Assembly (NCBI GenBank): GCA_963720545.1
Contig: OY970399.1
Coordinates: 128,001 to 192,000, forward strand
DNA from: an uncultured Acidobacteriota bacterium
GTDB taxonomy: Bacteria; Acidobacteriota; Vicinamibacteria; Fen-336
Reading direction: 5' to 3'
DNA length: 64,000 nucleotides
The notes beneath the pieces are model-generated. The model saw nothing but the letters and a program-made list of their open reading frames with translations. It was not told the origin of the DNA and ran no database searches. The position numbers and the translations under genes are program-made. This document shows, one piece after another, positions 53,112 through 64,000 of this stretch (position 1 is its first letter; the number at the start of each line of letters is the position of its first letter).

Positions 53112-55523
53112 ATGTCCGCCGCGAAGCCGCTCCTCACACTGTCCCTGGCACTGTCCGCGGGCGCCTGGGCCGGAGACGGCGCCGCACGCTGGCAGTCATG
53201 GCTGCTGGTCTCGCTGTGCGCCGCGCTTCTGTTCGTACTTGCAGTGCGGCCGGGCTCCGTGCGGCGTGCCGCGGGCGTCGCGGCGATGGCCGCCTTTGGC
53301 ATCGGCGCCGCCGGCATGGCGGCGAACGACGACGCGTACCGTCGCAACGCACTGCGCGCCGACGTCGCGGCCGGCCTCGATGCGCCTGTCTTGCTCAGCG
53401 GCCACGCCGTCGCCGACCTGGTGCCCGGCAACCCCGATCGGCGGCTCGTCCTCGATGTCACGGACGCGGAGGTTGACGGTGTGCGGCGGCCGTGGCGCGG
53501 ACGCGTGTCGCTGCGTGTCGGCGGGGAAGGCGCATTGCCGCTGGTGACCGCCGGCCGCCAGCTGGCGGCCTGGGCCAGCCTCTACCCGCCGCGCGGCACC
53601 CGCAGCGAGGGGGTTGTGGATTTCCGCGACCGCGCGCGCCGCCAGGGTACGCATGCTCTCGGCACGATCAAGAGCGCAACGCTCATCGACGTCGCTGCTA
53701 GCGGCGGCAGCCTTGCCGAGCCGATCTCGCGGTTGCGCCAATACGCTCGCGTGCTGTTGCAGCGCAGCATCAAGGGTGACGACGAACGCGGCCTTCTGGC
53801 ATCCCTGGTGTTCGGCGACCGCGGCGCCATCGATGCGGGGATGGAAGACGACTATCGGCGCGCCGGTGTCTTCCACGTGCTGGCGGTGTCGGGTGCGCAA
53901 GTGGCGTTGCTCGCCGCCATCGCCTGGCGCTGCCTGCGCCTGATGCGCGTGGCGCGCCGGGCGGCAACGCTGCTCTTGTGCGGCGCGGTCGCGGGATACG
54001 CGGTGTTCGCCGGCAGCGAAGCGTCGATCGTGCGCGCCGCGGTGATGGCCGGCGCGGTCGCGCTGGCTGCCTCGCTCGACCTCGACGCCTCGGGTTTCAC
54101 GGCACTCGGCGGCGCGGTGTTCGCACTCGTTGCGTATGACCCGGCCGCCGTCTTCGATGCCGGCTTCCAGTTGTCTGTTTCGGCCACCGCCGGCCTCATC
54201 GCGTTCATGCCGTCGCCCGCTGCGCAGCCGGAACTGCGCGGTGCGCGCCGCTGGCTGGCATGGCTGGTCGTCGCCTCGCTCGCGGCCCAGGCGGCGGTGC
54301 TGCCGGCGCAGCTCCTCCTGTTCCATACCCTGCCGATGGCGGCGCTCGGCGCGAACCTGGTGGTAGTGCCGATCTCATCGGCCCTGCTCGTCGGTACCGT
54401 AGCGTTCCTGGCCGCGGCGTCCGTCTCGCAGACGCTGGCCGCCGTGCCCGCGTGGCTCCTCGAGCACACGGCCGCGCTGCAGAACGCGTTCATCCACGCG
54501 TGGGCGCAGATCCCGGGCGTCGAGCTGAGCGCGCCGACCCCGCCCCTGTGGTGTCTCGCTGCCTACTGCGGCGGCCTGGTGGCGCTGGCACTCGGACGGC
54601 CTCGGGCCCGCGCCTTGCCGCTCATCGGCGCGGGGTTCTTCGGAATACTGTTCGCCGGCGGTCCGCGCGCCGACGGCCGGCTGCAACTGCACGCGCTCGA
54701 CGTCGGCCAGGGAGACGCGCTGGTGCTGGTGTCGCCGCACGGCCGCGTCGCGGTGATCGACACGGGCCCCGGCCAGGACGACGGCTGGTGCGGCGGCCGC
54801 GACGTGGTCGCACCGTTCCTGTGGAGCCGCGGGTTCGCGCGCATCGACCTGCTGGTGGTGAGCCATGCGCATGCGGACCACATCGGCGGCGCGAGTTGGC
54901 TCGCGCGGACGTTCAAGGCGCACGAGGTCTGGGAAAGCCCGTTCCAGTCCCGCGAGTTCCCCGGCAGCGCGTTGCGGCGCGTCGTGGGTGCGGGTGTCGA
55001 TGTCGATTGGGACGGCGTGCGACTGCGAGTCCTCGGCCCGCCACCACTCGACCCGGAGGCCAGAGCGCCGCGCGACGTGCGCAACGACGACTCCGTGGTC
55101 GTCGAGGCGATGTTCCGCGGCAGCGCGTACCTCCTCACGGGCGACATCGAGGGCTCCGGCGAGGAAGCGGTGGGCGGCCGCGCCTACGACCTGGTCAAGG
55201 TGGCGCACCATGGCAGCCGCACCAGCAGCTCCGAGTCGTTCGTGGCGAGAACCTGTCCGGCGGCGGCTTTCGTGTCGGTTGGCGCCGCAAATCGCTTCCA
55301 CCACCCGCACCCCGAAGTCATCGACCGCTACCGCCGGCAGGGAGCCTTCGTGGCCCGGACCGATCAGGACGGCAGCCTGCAAGCCGCTACGGATGGGGAA
55401 GTTGTGACCATTTCGACGTTCGCGCTGGGGACGTGGTCCACGTCTCAAAAGCGTCGGGACCGCTGTGCTACCATCCCGGCACAAACGGCCCGAGATGAGC
55501 GACAAGACCGACGAAGAGAATAA
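53112..55523 (+). CDS. comEC: DNA uptake protein ComEC/Rec2
   Basis: GVFHVLAVSG, RAAVM, GFQLS, LDVGQGD, SHAHADH, LTGD, VAHHGS, HPHP. Confidence 0.92.
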   Translation: MSAAKPLLTLSLALSAGAWAGDGAARWQSWLLVSLCAALLFVLAVRPGSVRRAAGVAAMAAFGIGAAGMAANDDAYRRNALRADVAAGLDAPVLLSGHAVADLVPGNPDRRLVLDVTDAEVDGVRRPWRGRVSLRVGGEGALPLVTAGRQLAAWASLYPPRGTRSEGVVDFRDRARRQGTHALGTIKSATLIDVAASGGSLAEPISRLRQYARVLLQRSIKGDDERGLLASLVFGDRGAIDAGMEDDYRRAGVFHVLAVSGAQVALLAAIAWRCLRLMRVARRAATLLLCGAVAGYAVFAGSEASIVRAAVMAGAVALAASLDLDASGFTALGGAVFALVAYDPAAVFDAGFQLSVSATAGLIAFMPSPAAQPELRGARRWLAWLVVASLAAQAAVLPAQLLLFHTLPMAALGANLVVVPISSALLVGTVAFLAAASVSQTLAAVPAWLLEHTAALQNAFIHAWAQIPGVELSAPTPPLWCLAAYCGGLVALALGRPRARALPLIGAGFFGILFAGGPRADGRLQLHALDVGQGDALVLVSPHGRVAVIDTGPGQDDGWCGGRDVVAPFLWSRGFARIDLLVVSHAHADHIGGASWLARTFKAHEVWESPFQSREFPGSALRRVVGAGVDVDWDGVRLRVLGPPPLDPEARAPRDVRNDDSVVVEAMFRGSAYLLTGDIEGSGEEAVGGRAYDLVKVAHHGSRTSSSESFVARTCPAAAFVSVGAANRFHHPHPEVIDRYRRQGAFVARTDQDGSLQAATDGEVVTISTFALGTWSTSQKRRDRCATIPAQTARDERQDRRRE

Positions 55524-55887
55524 GCACTTCACGGTAAAGGACCGGCGGCGGATCAATATGGATCCAGAGTCGGCAGTTTCGACACCGGAGGAGGCCGCTC
55601 CCGAGCCGGAACAGGCCCCAACGGGCCCAGCGGCCGAGCCCGGCCCCCTGCCGCAAGTCGAGTTCGGGGCGTTCGTCGCGTCGCTGGCAGCCCAGGCGGC
55701 GAGCTTCCTCGCGGAAGAGGAGCACAAGGTCGAAGCGGAAGGCGCGGCGCGGGAGATCATCGCCATCCTCGAGATGCTGCAGGACAAGACGGAAGGCCGC
55801 CGCACCGAGCAGGAAACGAAGATCCTCGAATCCGTGCTGTTCGAGTTGCGCATGGTGTTCGTGCACCGCGGCCAGGCGAACGCTTGA
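55495..55887 (+). CDS. DUF1844-like protein
   Basis: FTVKDRR, F..FV.SL, I.ILEMLQDKTEG..T.QE..L..VL.ELRM.FV. Confidence 0.75.
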   Translation: MSDKTDEENKHFTVKDRRRINMDPESAVSTPEEAAPEPEQAPTGPAAEPGPLPQVEFGAFVASLAAQAASFLAEEEHKVEAEGAAREIIAILEMLQDKTEGRRTEQETKILESVLFELRMVFVHRGQANA

Positions 55888-57691
55888 TAGCCACCACACC
55901 CTGGCTGCTGGCGCTCGCCCTTGCGGCTGTCAGCCGCCCTCGCCCTCGCCTTCGCCAACGCCGCCGCCGGTTGCGGAGACGGAAGCCCTCGCGCGCCGCT
56001 GGGACGCTTTCGTAAGCGCCCAGCGCACGGGCGACGCCGCCGCGCAGGCGCGCGCGCTCGCCGACCTGCAGAAGCTGCGTCGCGTCCGCAATATCCCGCG
56101 GCTCGAGACCGCGTCGCTCGCACTGGGCGCGATGGCTCAACAAGCTCGAGCCAAGGGCGACACCGCCGGTGCCACGGCGCTGGAGCGCGGCGCGTCCGAA
56201 CTCGATCCGATGAGCTCGCGCCAGCAGGCCGAGAGCGCGCCCTCCGCGGCGTCCCTGTCCCGGGCCCTGCCGGTGATCGCATTGGTCCTGGCGCTTGGCC
56301 TCGGCCTCATCTTCGGCGTCGGCCTGCTGGTGCGTTACGGGCCGCTCTTCTTCCACGATCTCGAGGAGCGGCTCGGCGGGCTCGTCGGCCTGCCGTTCAC
56401 GCGGCTGGTGACGGTGCTGTTGCTCGGTTTTCCCGTGTTCTTCCTGCAGGGCTTCGGCTTCCTGCCGTTCTGGTGGGCCGCGCTCCTGTTCGGCTACCTG
56501 ACCATCAGCGAACGCGCCTGGATGGTCGCTGCACTTCTGCTCGGGGTGCTGTGCGTTCCGGGCATCGACCTGGTGGAGGGCGGTGTCGGTTCCCGCGAGT
56601 CGCCGCTGACGCGCGCGCTCGGCACCGCGGCCGAAGGCATTGCGACACCGGCACAACTGCGCCTCATCGAAGAGGCGGCTCGCGCCCAGCCGGGCAACCG
56701 CGACCTGGCTGTGGTGCTGGCCGTGCAGGAGCGCCGGGCCGGTCGTGACGACGCGGCGCGCCGGATCTATGAAAACGTGTTGAAGACGGCGAGCGGCGAT
56801 GCTGGCGTGCTCAACAACCTCGGCAACCTCGCGTATGGCCGCGGCGACTACCTCGGGGCGCTGGCGCGCTACGACCAGGCGCTGGCATCGGCGAGCGGCG
56901 ACGCACGCGCCGTAATCCTCGCCAACAAGGGTCTCGCCCACCAGCAGCGGTTCGAGTTCGACAAGGCGACCACCGTGACCGGCCAGGCCGACGCCCTGGG
57001 CAGTGCCTATCTCGCATCGCTCTCGGCGCTCTACGCCGGCGACGCCAACCACCCCGCGGTGGTGCTCGACATCGTGCCCGAGGAGCGCGCCCTCACCAGC
57101 AAGGCGCTCGACGCCGAGAAGCCGCGCGCGTTGTGGCGCAGCCTCGGCAACCGCTTCGCCGCGGCACTGGCACTCGGTACGCTCACCGCGCTCGTCATCC
57201 ATACGCTGCGCAGCAAGGCCCGCAAGCCCAGCCGCTGCCAGATGTGCGGTGTCGTCTTTTGCGGGCTTTGCAACATGGGCAAGGCGGCCGAAGGCTTGTG
57301 CTCGCAGTGCCACCACCTGTTCGCGGTGCGCACCGGGATTTCTGCCAAGGCCAAGGCGCACAAGATGGCCGCCGTCCGCTCGGAGTCGCGGTTGCGGGGC
57401 CACTTGTACCGTGTGCTCTCGGCGCTCGGTCCGGGTGCCGGCCACGTGTTCGCCGGCAAGACCTCACTGGGCGGCGTCGTTGCCATCGTCTGGACCGTCG
57501 GACTGACGCTCTACTTCCTGGCCGACCGGCTGCTGCCGGCGTGGAACCAGGCCGGCCCGTCGGGCCTCGGCCTGGCCTCGCTCGTGGGCATCGCCGCGGC
57601 CGCCCTCGCGTGGCTGTGGGCGCAGGTGTTTGCGCCTCGTCGCCGGGAAACCGCGGCGTTCCGGGCCGCAACAGCAGCGGCGAGGACCTGA
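55884..57691 (+). CDS. Membrane TPR protein with Cys cluster; frameshifted near the 5' end
   Basis: Main frame 55931-57691 has TM helices, TPR (LNNLGNL), CQMC..CGLC..CSQC and PGAGH; the signal peptide from TTG 55884 is in a different frame. Confidence 0.65.
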
Positions 57692-57694
57692 GCC

Positions 57695-58891
57695 ATGGCA
57701 CTCGAAGGCAGCATCAAGGAGTTCTCGCTTCCCGACATCTTCCAGCTGATCGGCCTGCAGCGAAAGACCGGCGTCCTGCACCTGACGAGCGGCGACAAGG
57801 AAGCGGTCACCATCGGCTTCGAAGGCGGACGGGTGGTGCACGCCGATTCCGAAGTGAAGCGCCTCGAGGCGCGCCTCGGCCGCCTGCTGGTGAAGCAGGA
57901 CAAGCTCACTCCCGCGCGTCTCGAACAGGCGCTGCGCACCCAGGAGGCGACGCTGCAGCGGCTGGGCCACGTGCTGGTCTCGACCAAGGCGATCACCAGC
58001 GCCGACCTCGAGCACGCGCTGCAGGTGCAGGTGTCGCAGGCCGTGTTCCAGGCATTTCGCTGGCGCGACGGCGACTTCAAGTTCACGGCCACCGAGAGCG
58101 TCGAGTACGACCGCGACGCGTTCCGCCCCCTGTCCGCCGACTTCATCCTCATGGAAGGCATTCGCATGGTGGACGAGTGGCCCACCATCGAACGCAAGAT
58201 CCCGAGCATGGACCTCGTCTTCCGCCATGCCGCCGAGGCGAACTCGATGCTCATCGAGACCGGACCGCCGCCGCCGGGCGACGAGCGGCCCGACGTGGTG
58301 CGGCTCGGCTCGAGCGAAGCGCGCGTGTTCGAGCGCGTCGATGGCGAACGTACCGTGCAGGCGCTGGTGGACGAGACCGGGCTGGGCGACTTCGAGGTCT
58401 GCCGCTCGTTGTGCGAGCTGCTCGACCGTCAGATCATCGAGCCGGCCGGCCGCACCGAGGCCATCGAGTCTCAGGCGCCGCTGCTGGCGCAGTCGGCGAG
58501 CCGGCCGTGGCTCCAATGGCTGCCGGCGCTCGCAGGTCTGCTGGTGGTGGCGGTCTTCGCATCACGCACCCTGACGGCGCCGTTCCAGGTCTACGGCGCG
58601 CCGCCGGTGCTGGGCGCGGACTCGGCGTACTGGAGCGCTGGCACCGTGATCAAGCGTGAGACGCTGGAGAAGGCCATCGACGCCTACGTGCTGGTGCGCG
58701 GCGCCTTGCCGAAGAACCTGCAGGAGTTGGTGGCGGCGCACGTCGTCGGGCCCCGCGCCATCGTCGACGACGTTGGCCGGCCCTTTTACTACGCGGTGAC
58801 GGCCGACGGCTACACGCTCGGCTCGGTGGACCGCTCGCGGAAACCCGACCCGCGCTTCACGGTGACCCGCACCACCCGTCCATTGTCGTAG
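57695..58891 (+). CDS. DUF4388 (PATAN-like) protein with TM and C-terminal GspG/pseudopilin-like domain
   Basis: ALEGSIKEFSLPDIFQLI..RKTGVL, LGRLLV..L..AL..Q..LGHVLV, W..G.F.F, LMEG.R..DEW; C-terminal AIDAY....G.LP..L..LV..D..GRPFYY. Confidence 0.72.
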   Translation: MALEGSIKEFSLPDIFQLIGLQRKTGVLHLTSGDKEAVTIGFEGGRVVHADSEVKRLEARLGRLLVKQDKLTPARLEQALRTQEATLQRLGHVLVSTKAITSADLEHALQVQVSQAVFQAFRWRDGDFKFTATESVEYDRDAFRPLSADFILMEGIRMVDEWPTIERKIPSMDLVFRHAAEANSMLIETGPPPPGDERPDVVRLGSSEARVFERVDGERTVQALVDETGLGDFEVCRSLCELLDRQIIEPAGRTEAIESQAPLLAQSASRPWLQWLPALAGLLVVAVFASRTLTAPFQVYGAPPVLGADSAYWSAGTVIKRETLEKAIDAYVLVRGALPKNLQELVAAHVVGPRAIVDDVGRPFYYAVTADGYTLGSVDRSRKPDPRFTVTRTTRPLS

Positions 58892-58907
58892 CCTTGCGGT
58901 CGTACCC

Positions 58908-59852
58908 TTGAAGACCCTCATACTCAGGCCCACGACTGCCGTCGACTGGCCGCAGAGCGCCGTTACCATCGGCAATTTCGACGGCGTCCACCGCGGTCAC
59001 CAGCGGATGATAGCCACCATGATGGCACACGCCTCCGGCGCGCGGCCCGGTGTGGTCCTGACTTTCGAGCCGCATCCTTCCCGTGTCCTGCGTCCCGACG
59101 CGCCCGTGCCGCTCATCATGACCGGCGAGCAGAAAGAGCGTGCGGTCGCCGCGTCCGGTGCGGACGTGCTTGCGACGCTGCGGTTCGACGCGGCGCTGGC
59201 GGCGCTCAGCGCCGAGCTCTTCGCCGGAAAGGTGCTGGCTGCGGCGCTGCGCGCGCGCGTGGTGGCGGTGGGCGAGAACTTTCGCTTCGGCCAGGGCCGC
59301 TCCGCTGGCGTCGATGAGCTGCGCGCGCTGGGCGCCGCGCATGGATTCGAGTTGATCGTCGTCCCCCCGGTCGAGGACAACGCGCTGCCCGTCAGCAGCA
59401 GCCGGATCCGCGAGGCGCTCCTGTCCGGTGAGGTGGAGGACGCGGCGCGGCTTCTCGGCAGGCCCTTCGAGATCTGCGGCACCGTGGTGGCGGGCGACGG
59501 CCGCGGCCGAACGATCGGCATTCCCACGGCCAACATCGCTTCCGAAAACGACATCGCGCCGAAGAACGGCGTGTACGCGGCGCTGCTATCCGGCCCCACG
59601 GCCGGCACCGATCGGCCGGCGGTCGTGAACATCGGCACGCGCCCGACCTTTGCGGGCCGCTCGACCACGATCGAGGCGCACGTCCTCGACTTCGACGCCG
59701 CGTTCTACGAGGAGCGGGTGTCGCTGCGCTTCGCGGCACGGCTGCGCGACGAACAGCGCTTCGCCGGCGCTGCCGAGCTGGTGGCGCAGATCCGCGCCGA
59801 TATCGAGCGCGCGCGGCCGATTCTTTCGCGCTCCGGCGCCGCCAAGATATAG
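58908..59852 (+). CDS. ribF: Bifunctional riboflavin kinase / FAD synthetase
   Basis: IGNFDGVHRGH, TFEPHP, VGENFRFG, VSSSRIR, GRTIGIPTAN, GVYA, NIGTRPT, EAHVLDF. Confidence 0.96.
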   Translation: MKTLILRPTTAVDWPQSAVTIGNFDGVHRGHQRMIATMMAHASGARPGVVLTFEPHPSRVLRPDAPVPLIMTGEQKERAVAASGADVLATLRFDAALAALSAELFAGKVLAAALRARVVAVGENFRFGQGRSAGVDELRALGAAHGFELIVVPPVEDNALPVSSSRIREALLSGEVEDAARLLGRPFEICGTVVAGDGRGRTIGIPTANIASENDIAPKNGVYAALLSGPTAGTDRPAVVNIGTRPTFAGRSTTIEAHVLDFDAAFYEERVSLRFAARLRDEQRFAGAAELVAQIRADIERARPILSRSGAAKI

Positions 59853-59871
59853 TCCATTCCGGCTCATTTCC

Positions 59872-60240
59872 ATGGAACTCGTCGTAGACGATCGCGACCT
59901 GGGCAACGTCACGCTCATCTACCCGCGCGGCTTCATCAACGCCCACACGGTGCGCAGCTTCGAGAGCGCCATCCAGCGCTCGGTGGCGGCCGGCCGCTAC
60001 AACATCGTCGTCAACTGCGCGGAGCTCACCTACATCGCGAGCGCCGGGCTCGGCGCGATGATGGGCGTCATAGAAGAGCTGCGCGGCAACGGCGGCGACC
60101 TGCGCCTTTCGGACCTCACCGAGAGCATCCGCGGCATCTTCGAGATGCTCGGCTTCAGCCAGCTCTACGGCGTCTATCCCACCGAGGCACTCGCGATCGC
60201 GAGCTTCGGCTCGGCGGCGCGGATGCGCGAGGACAGTTGA
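59872..60240 (+). CDS. STAS anti-anti-sigma factor (RsbV/SpoIIAA-like)
   Basis: VVNCAELTYIASAGLG (phospho-acceptor Ser), IFEMLGF. Confidence 0.85.
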   Translation: MELVVDDRDLGNVTLIYPRGFINAHTVRSFESAIQRSVAAGRYNIVVNCAELTYIASAGLGAMMGVIEELRGNGGDLRLSDLTESIRGIFEMLGFSQLYGVYPTEALAIASFGSAARMREDS

Positions 60241-60668
60241 GCGACATCGAAGTCGTCCTGCGCAGCGACACGTCGTTTCTCGGCGTGGTGCGCGACATGG
60301 CGCGGCGCGCCGCCGAGACCGTGGGCTTCGCCGCGGCGCCGGCGGAAGAGATCGCACTTGCCGTAGACGAATGCGCGACCAACGTCATCGAGCACGCCTA
60401 CGGCGGCAAGCAGGACCGCGAATACCGCGTGCGCTTCACGTGCGGCGAAGGCCAGATCGTCATCGAGGTGGTGGACGACGGCGCCGGGCTCGATGCCGGC
60501 GCGCTGCCCGCGGTGGACCTGAAGCGCTACGCCCACGAACGCCGCAACGGCGGACTCGGCGTCCACCTGATGGCGAAGCTGATGGACTCCGTGACCTACT
60601 CGAAGGAAGGCCGCTTCAACGTCTGCCGCCTCGAGCGCAGCCTTCAATCTGTCAAGCACCCGGGCTGA
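60237..60668 (+). CDS. Anti-sigma factor / Ser kinase (RsbW-like HATPase)
   Basis: LAVDECATNVIEHAY, VVDDG.G, GGLGVHLM..LMD. Confidence 0.87.
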   Translation: MSDIEVVLRSDTSFLGVVRDMARRAAETVGFAAAPAEEIALAVDECATNVIEHAYGGKQDREYRVRFTCGEGQIVIEVVDDGAGLDAGALPAVDLKRYAHERRNGGLGVHLMAKLMDSVTYSKEGRFNVCRLERSLQSVKHPG

Positions 60669-60675
60669 CAGGCTC

Positions 60676-62387
60676 TTGCCGCGTCCGTGGCTGAAGCAGT
60701 ACCGGGCGAGCCTCGATGCTCTCGAGGCGGCGGGCTCCAGCACTGCGAGCGTGATGCCCCTGCACGAAGCGCTGTGCCTGCTCGAGGTCGCCTCGCTCCT
60801 CCAGGAAGGCGGCGAAGGCCCGCTCCGCGAAGCGCTGGCGTCGGTGCTTACCCAGGCCGGCTGCGAACGCGGCGCCTGGTACCTGGCCGAGCCGCGCGGC
60901 GGCTTCCGGCTGGTGAGCTCGCAGGCGCTCGCGGCACCGAAGCACGTGGACAACGAAGCCGAGCTGGCGGCGCAGCCGGGCCTCGACGCCGTGGTTTCCA
61001 TCAAGGGCCGCCACGGAGCCACCGGGCTCCTGGCCGCCGGCGCCACGCCGCCGCGCAAGCGCACACAGCTGGCGCCGTTCCTCGAAGCGGTGTCGGCCGC
61101 CGCGGCCGGACCGCTGGCGGGGGCGCTCCTCGAAGACGAGCGCGAGCGGCTGTCGCGCCGCCTCAGCGTCAAGGTCTACCAGCTGCGCAACCTGTTCGAG
61201 CTGAGCCGCGAGCTCACCTCGACCTTCGACGCCGAGACCGTGCACAGCCTGGCGACGGCAACGCTGATGGGCCACCTGATGGTGTCGCGCGCGGCGCTCT
61301 ACGTGCGCGACAGCGGCGACAACTTCGAACTCGCGGTGGCGCGCGGCTTCCGCCCCGAGAGCCTCGGCAAGCTCGGCGGCTGCGAGGAGGGGTGGGAGTC
61401 TTTCGGCGGCGGCGAGACGGCGCTGCGTGTCTCTGAACTTCCCGAGGGTGCCGTCAAGGGGCTGATGACGCGCATGCGCATTGGCCTCGTGGCGCCCGTC
61501 GTCATCGCCGGACGCTGCGAGGCGATGCTGCTCGCCGGCGAGCGCAGCTCCGGCCGTTCGTTCGCCGACGAAGACTGCGAGTTCGCGGCCACCCTCGCGC
61601 GCCAGACGGTGGGCGCGCTGCAGACGATCCGCCTCCACGAGGTGAGCATCGAGAAGGAGCGCCAGGATCGCGAGATCGAGATTGCCCGCGAGATCCAGCA
61701 AAGCCTGTTTCCGAAGGCGCTGCCGCAGTACCGGGGCTTCGAGATCGCGGCGCGCAGCGAACCGTGCTTCCGCGTCGGCGGCGACTACTACGACGCCATC
61801 GCGCTCTCGCCACGCCGCTTCTTCGCCGCGGTCGCGGACGTTTCGGGCAAGGGCACGCCCGCGAGCCTGCTGATGGCCTCGGTGCACGCGTGGCTGCGCG
61901 CTCGCGCCGGCGGGGAAGCGCCGCTCAACCAGTTGATAAGCGAGCTGAACTCGTTTCTCTGCGCCAGCACGCTCGCCAACAAGTTCGTCACCTTCTTCTG
62001 CGCCGAGGTGGACATCGACAAACTCGAGGTCCGCTACGTGAACGCCGGCCACATCCCGCCGGTGGTCCTGGGCGCCGACGGCGGCACGACCCGGCTCACC
62101 GAGGGCGGCCCGGCGCTGGGCCTGCTCGAAGGGGCGCCCTACGACATGGGCCGCCACCAGTTGCGGCGCGGCGACGCGCTGATCGTCGTGACGGACGGCG
62201 CCACCGAAGCCGGCCGTGAGGCAGACGAGGTGGAGTTCGGCGACGAGGGTGTCGTCGCATCGCTGTCGCGCGCTTCCAGCCGCGACGCTGCCGGCGTCGT
62301 GAGCGCCTGCTTCGACGACGTCATCGCGTGGGCCGGTACCCGCGGGCTGGCCGACGACCTCACCGCGCTCGCGATCAAGGTGTCGGC

Positions 62388-62391
<4 letters not shown>
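60676..62391 (+). CDS. GAF + SpoIIE/PP2C phosphatase (RsbU-like)
   Basis: AREIQQSL.P, VGGDYYD, ADVSGKG, NAGH, TDGATE, DDLT. Confidence 0.88.
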
Positions 62392-63793
<1,402 letters not shown>

Positions 63794-63797
<4 letters not shown>

Positions 63798-64000
63798 ACC
63801 CGCGCGGCACGAGCGCCGAAGAGCTCGCGTGCCGCCACCTCGAAGCCAAGGGTTTCAAGATCGTGGCGAGAAACGTGGCCTCGCGCTTCGCCGAGATCGA
63901 CATCATCGCGAGGGACGGCGAGTACCTGGTGTTCGTCGAGGTGAAGGGAAGAAAAGACGACAAGCACGGCTCCGGATTCGAAGCCGTCACCCACCGCAAG
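63794..64000 (+). CDS. yraN: YraN-family (UPF0102) PD-(D/E)xK endonuclease-like protein, truncated by the window edge
   Basis: Manual translation G..AE..A..HL...GFKIVARN..EIDIIARDGEYLVFVEVK; not in the ORF track; apparent ATA start. Confidence 0.85.

Overview
High-GC (roughly 70%, estimated by eye) bacterial chromosomal window. It is densely packed with core and near-core genes, many of them translationally coupled. Gene content and synteny suggest Acidobacteriota (Vicinamibacteria-like) or a Myxococcota-like diderm; this is inference. Contents in order: tRNA-Arg(CCT), TPR protein, sppA, membrane TPR-metallopeptidase, degenerate GHMP-kinase-like gene, efp, tdk, rtcA and a DUF4870-like gene. 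A long minus-strand run follows (read in transcription order: NDP-sugar pyrophosphorylase, PMM/PGM, tRNA-Gly(CCC), bactofilin, ALDH7, hrcA, grpE, dnaK, dnaJ, prmA, rsmE, Ser/Thr kinase, pilT-like, recX, alaS, lytic transglycosylase, TPR-AIM24). After that come a nucleotide-sugar dehydrogenase, pgsA, gatCA, an ~11 kb surface-glycan modification cluster, an S46 peptidase, a split B12 acyl-CoA mutase, a RomR-like regulator, valS, birA, a DnaD-like hypothetical, rlmD, comEC, TPR and DUF4388 genes, ribF, an RsbV/W/U-like partner-switch module, cysS and partial yraN. No CRISPR array, integrase, transposase or prophage was seen. Most notable observations: (1) four genes appear to initiate at near-cognate codons (CTG x3, ATA x1), three of them overlapping the upstream stop codon; (2) several probably leaderless genes and very compact bidirectional promoters; (3) EF-P with a non-canonical PGNWR loop next to a degenerate GHMP-kinase-like gene; (4) an isobutyryl-CoA-mutase signature in the mutase; (5) a Myxococcus-type polarity toolkit (RomR-like protein, bactofilin, PilT-like ATPase, DUF4388-pseudopilin fusion); (6) a Hanks kinase with HRDIR and a C-terminal Zn ribbon sitting where recA is often found; (7) a frameshift separating a signal peptide from a TPR membrane protein. 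All family calls come from motif recognition by eye, not from database searches.
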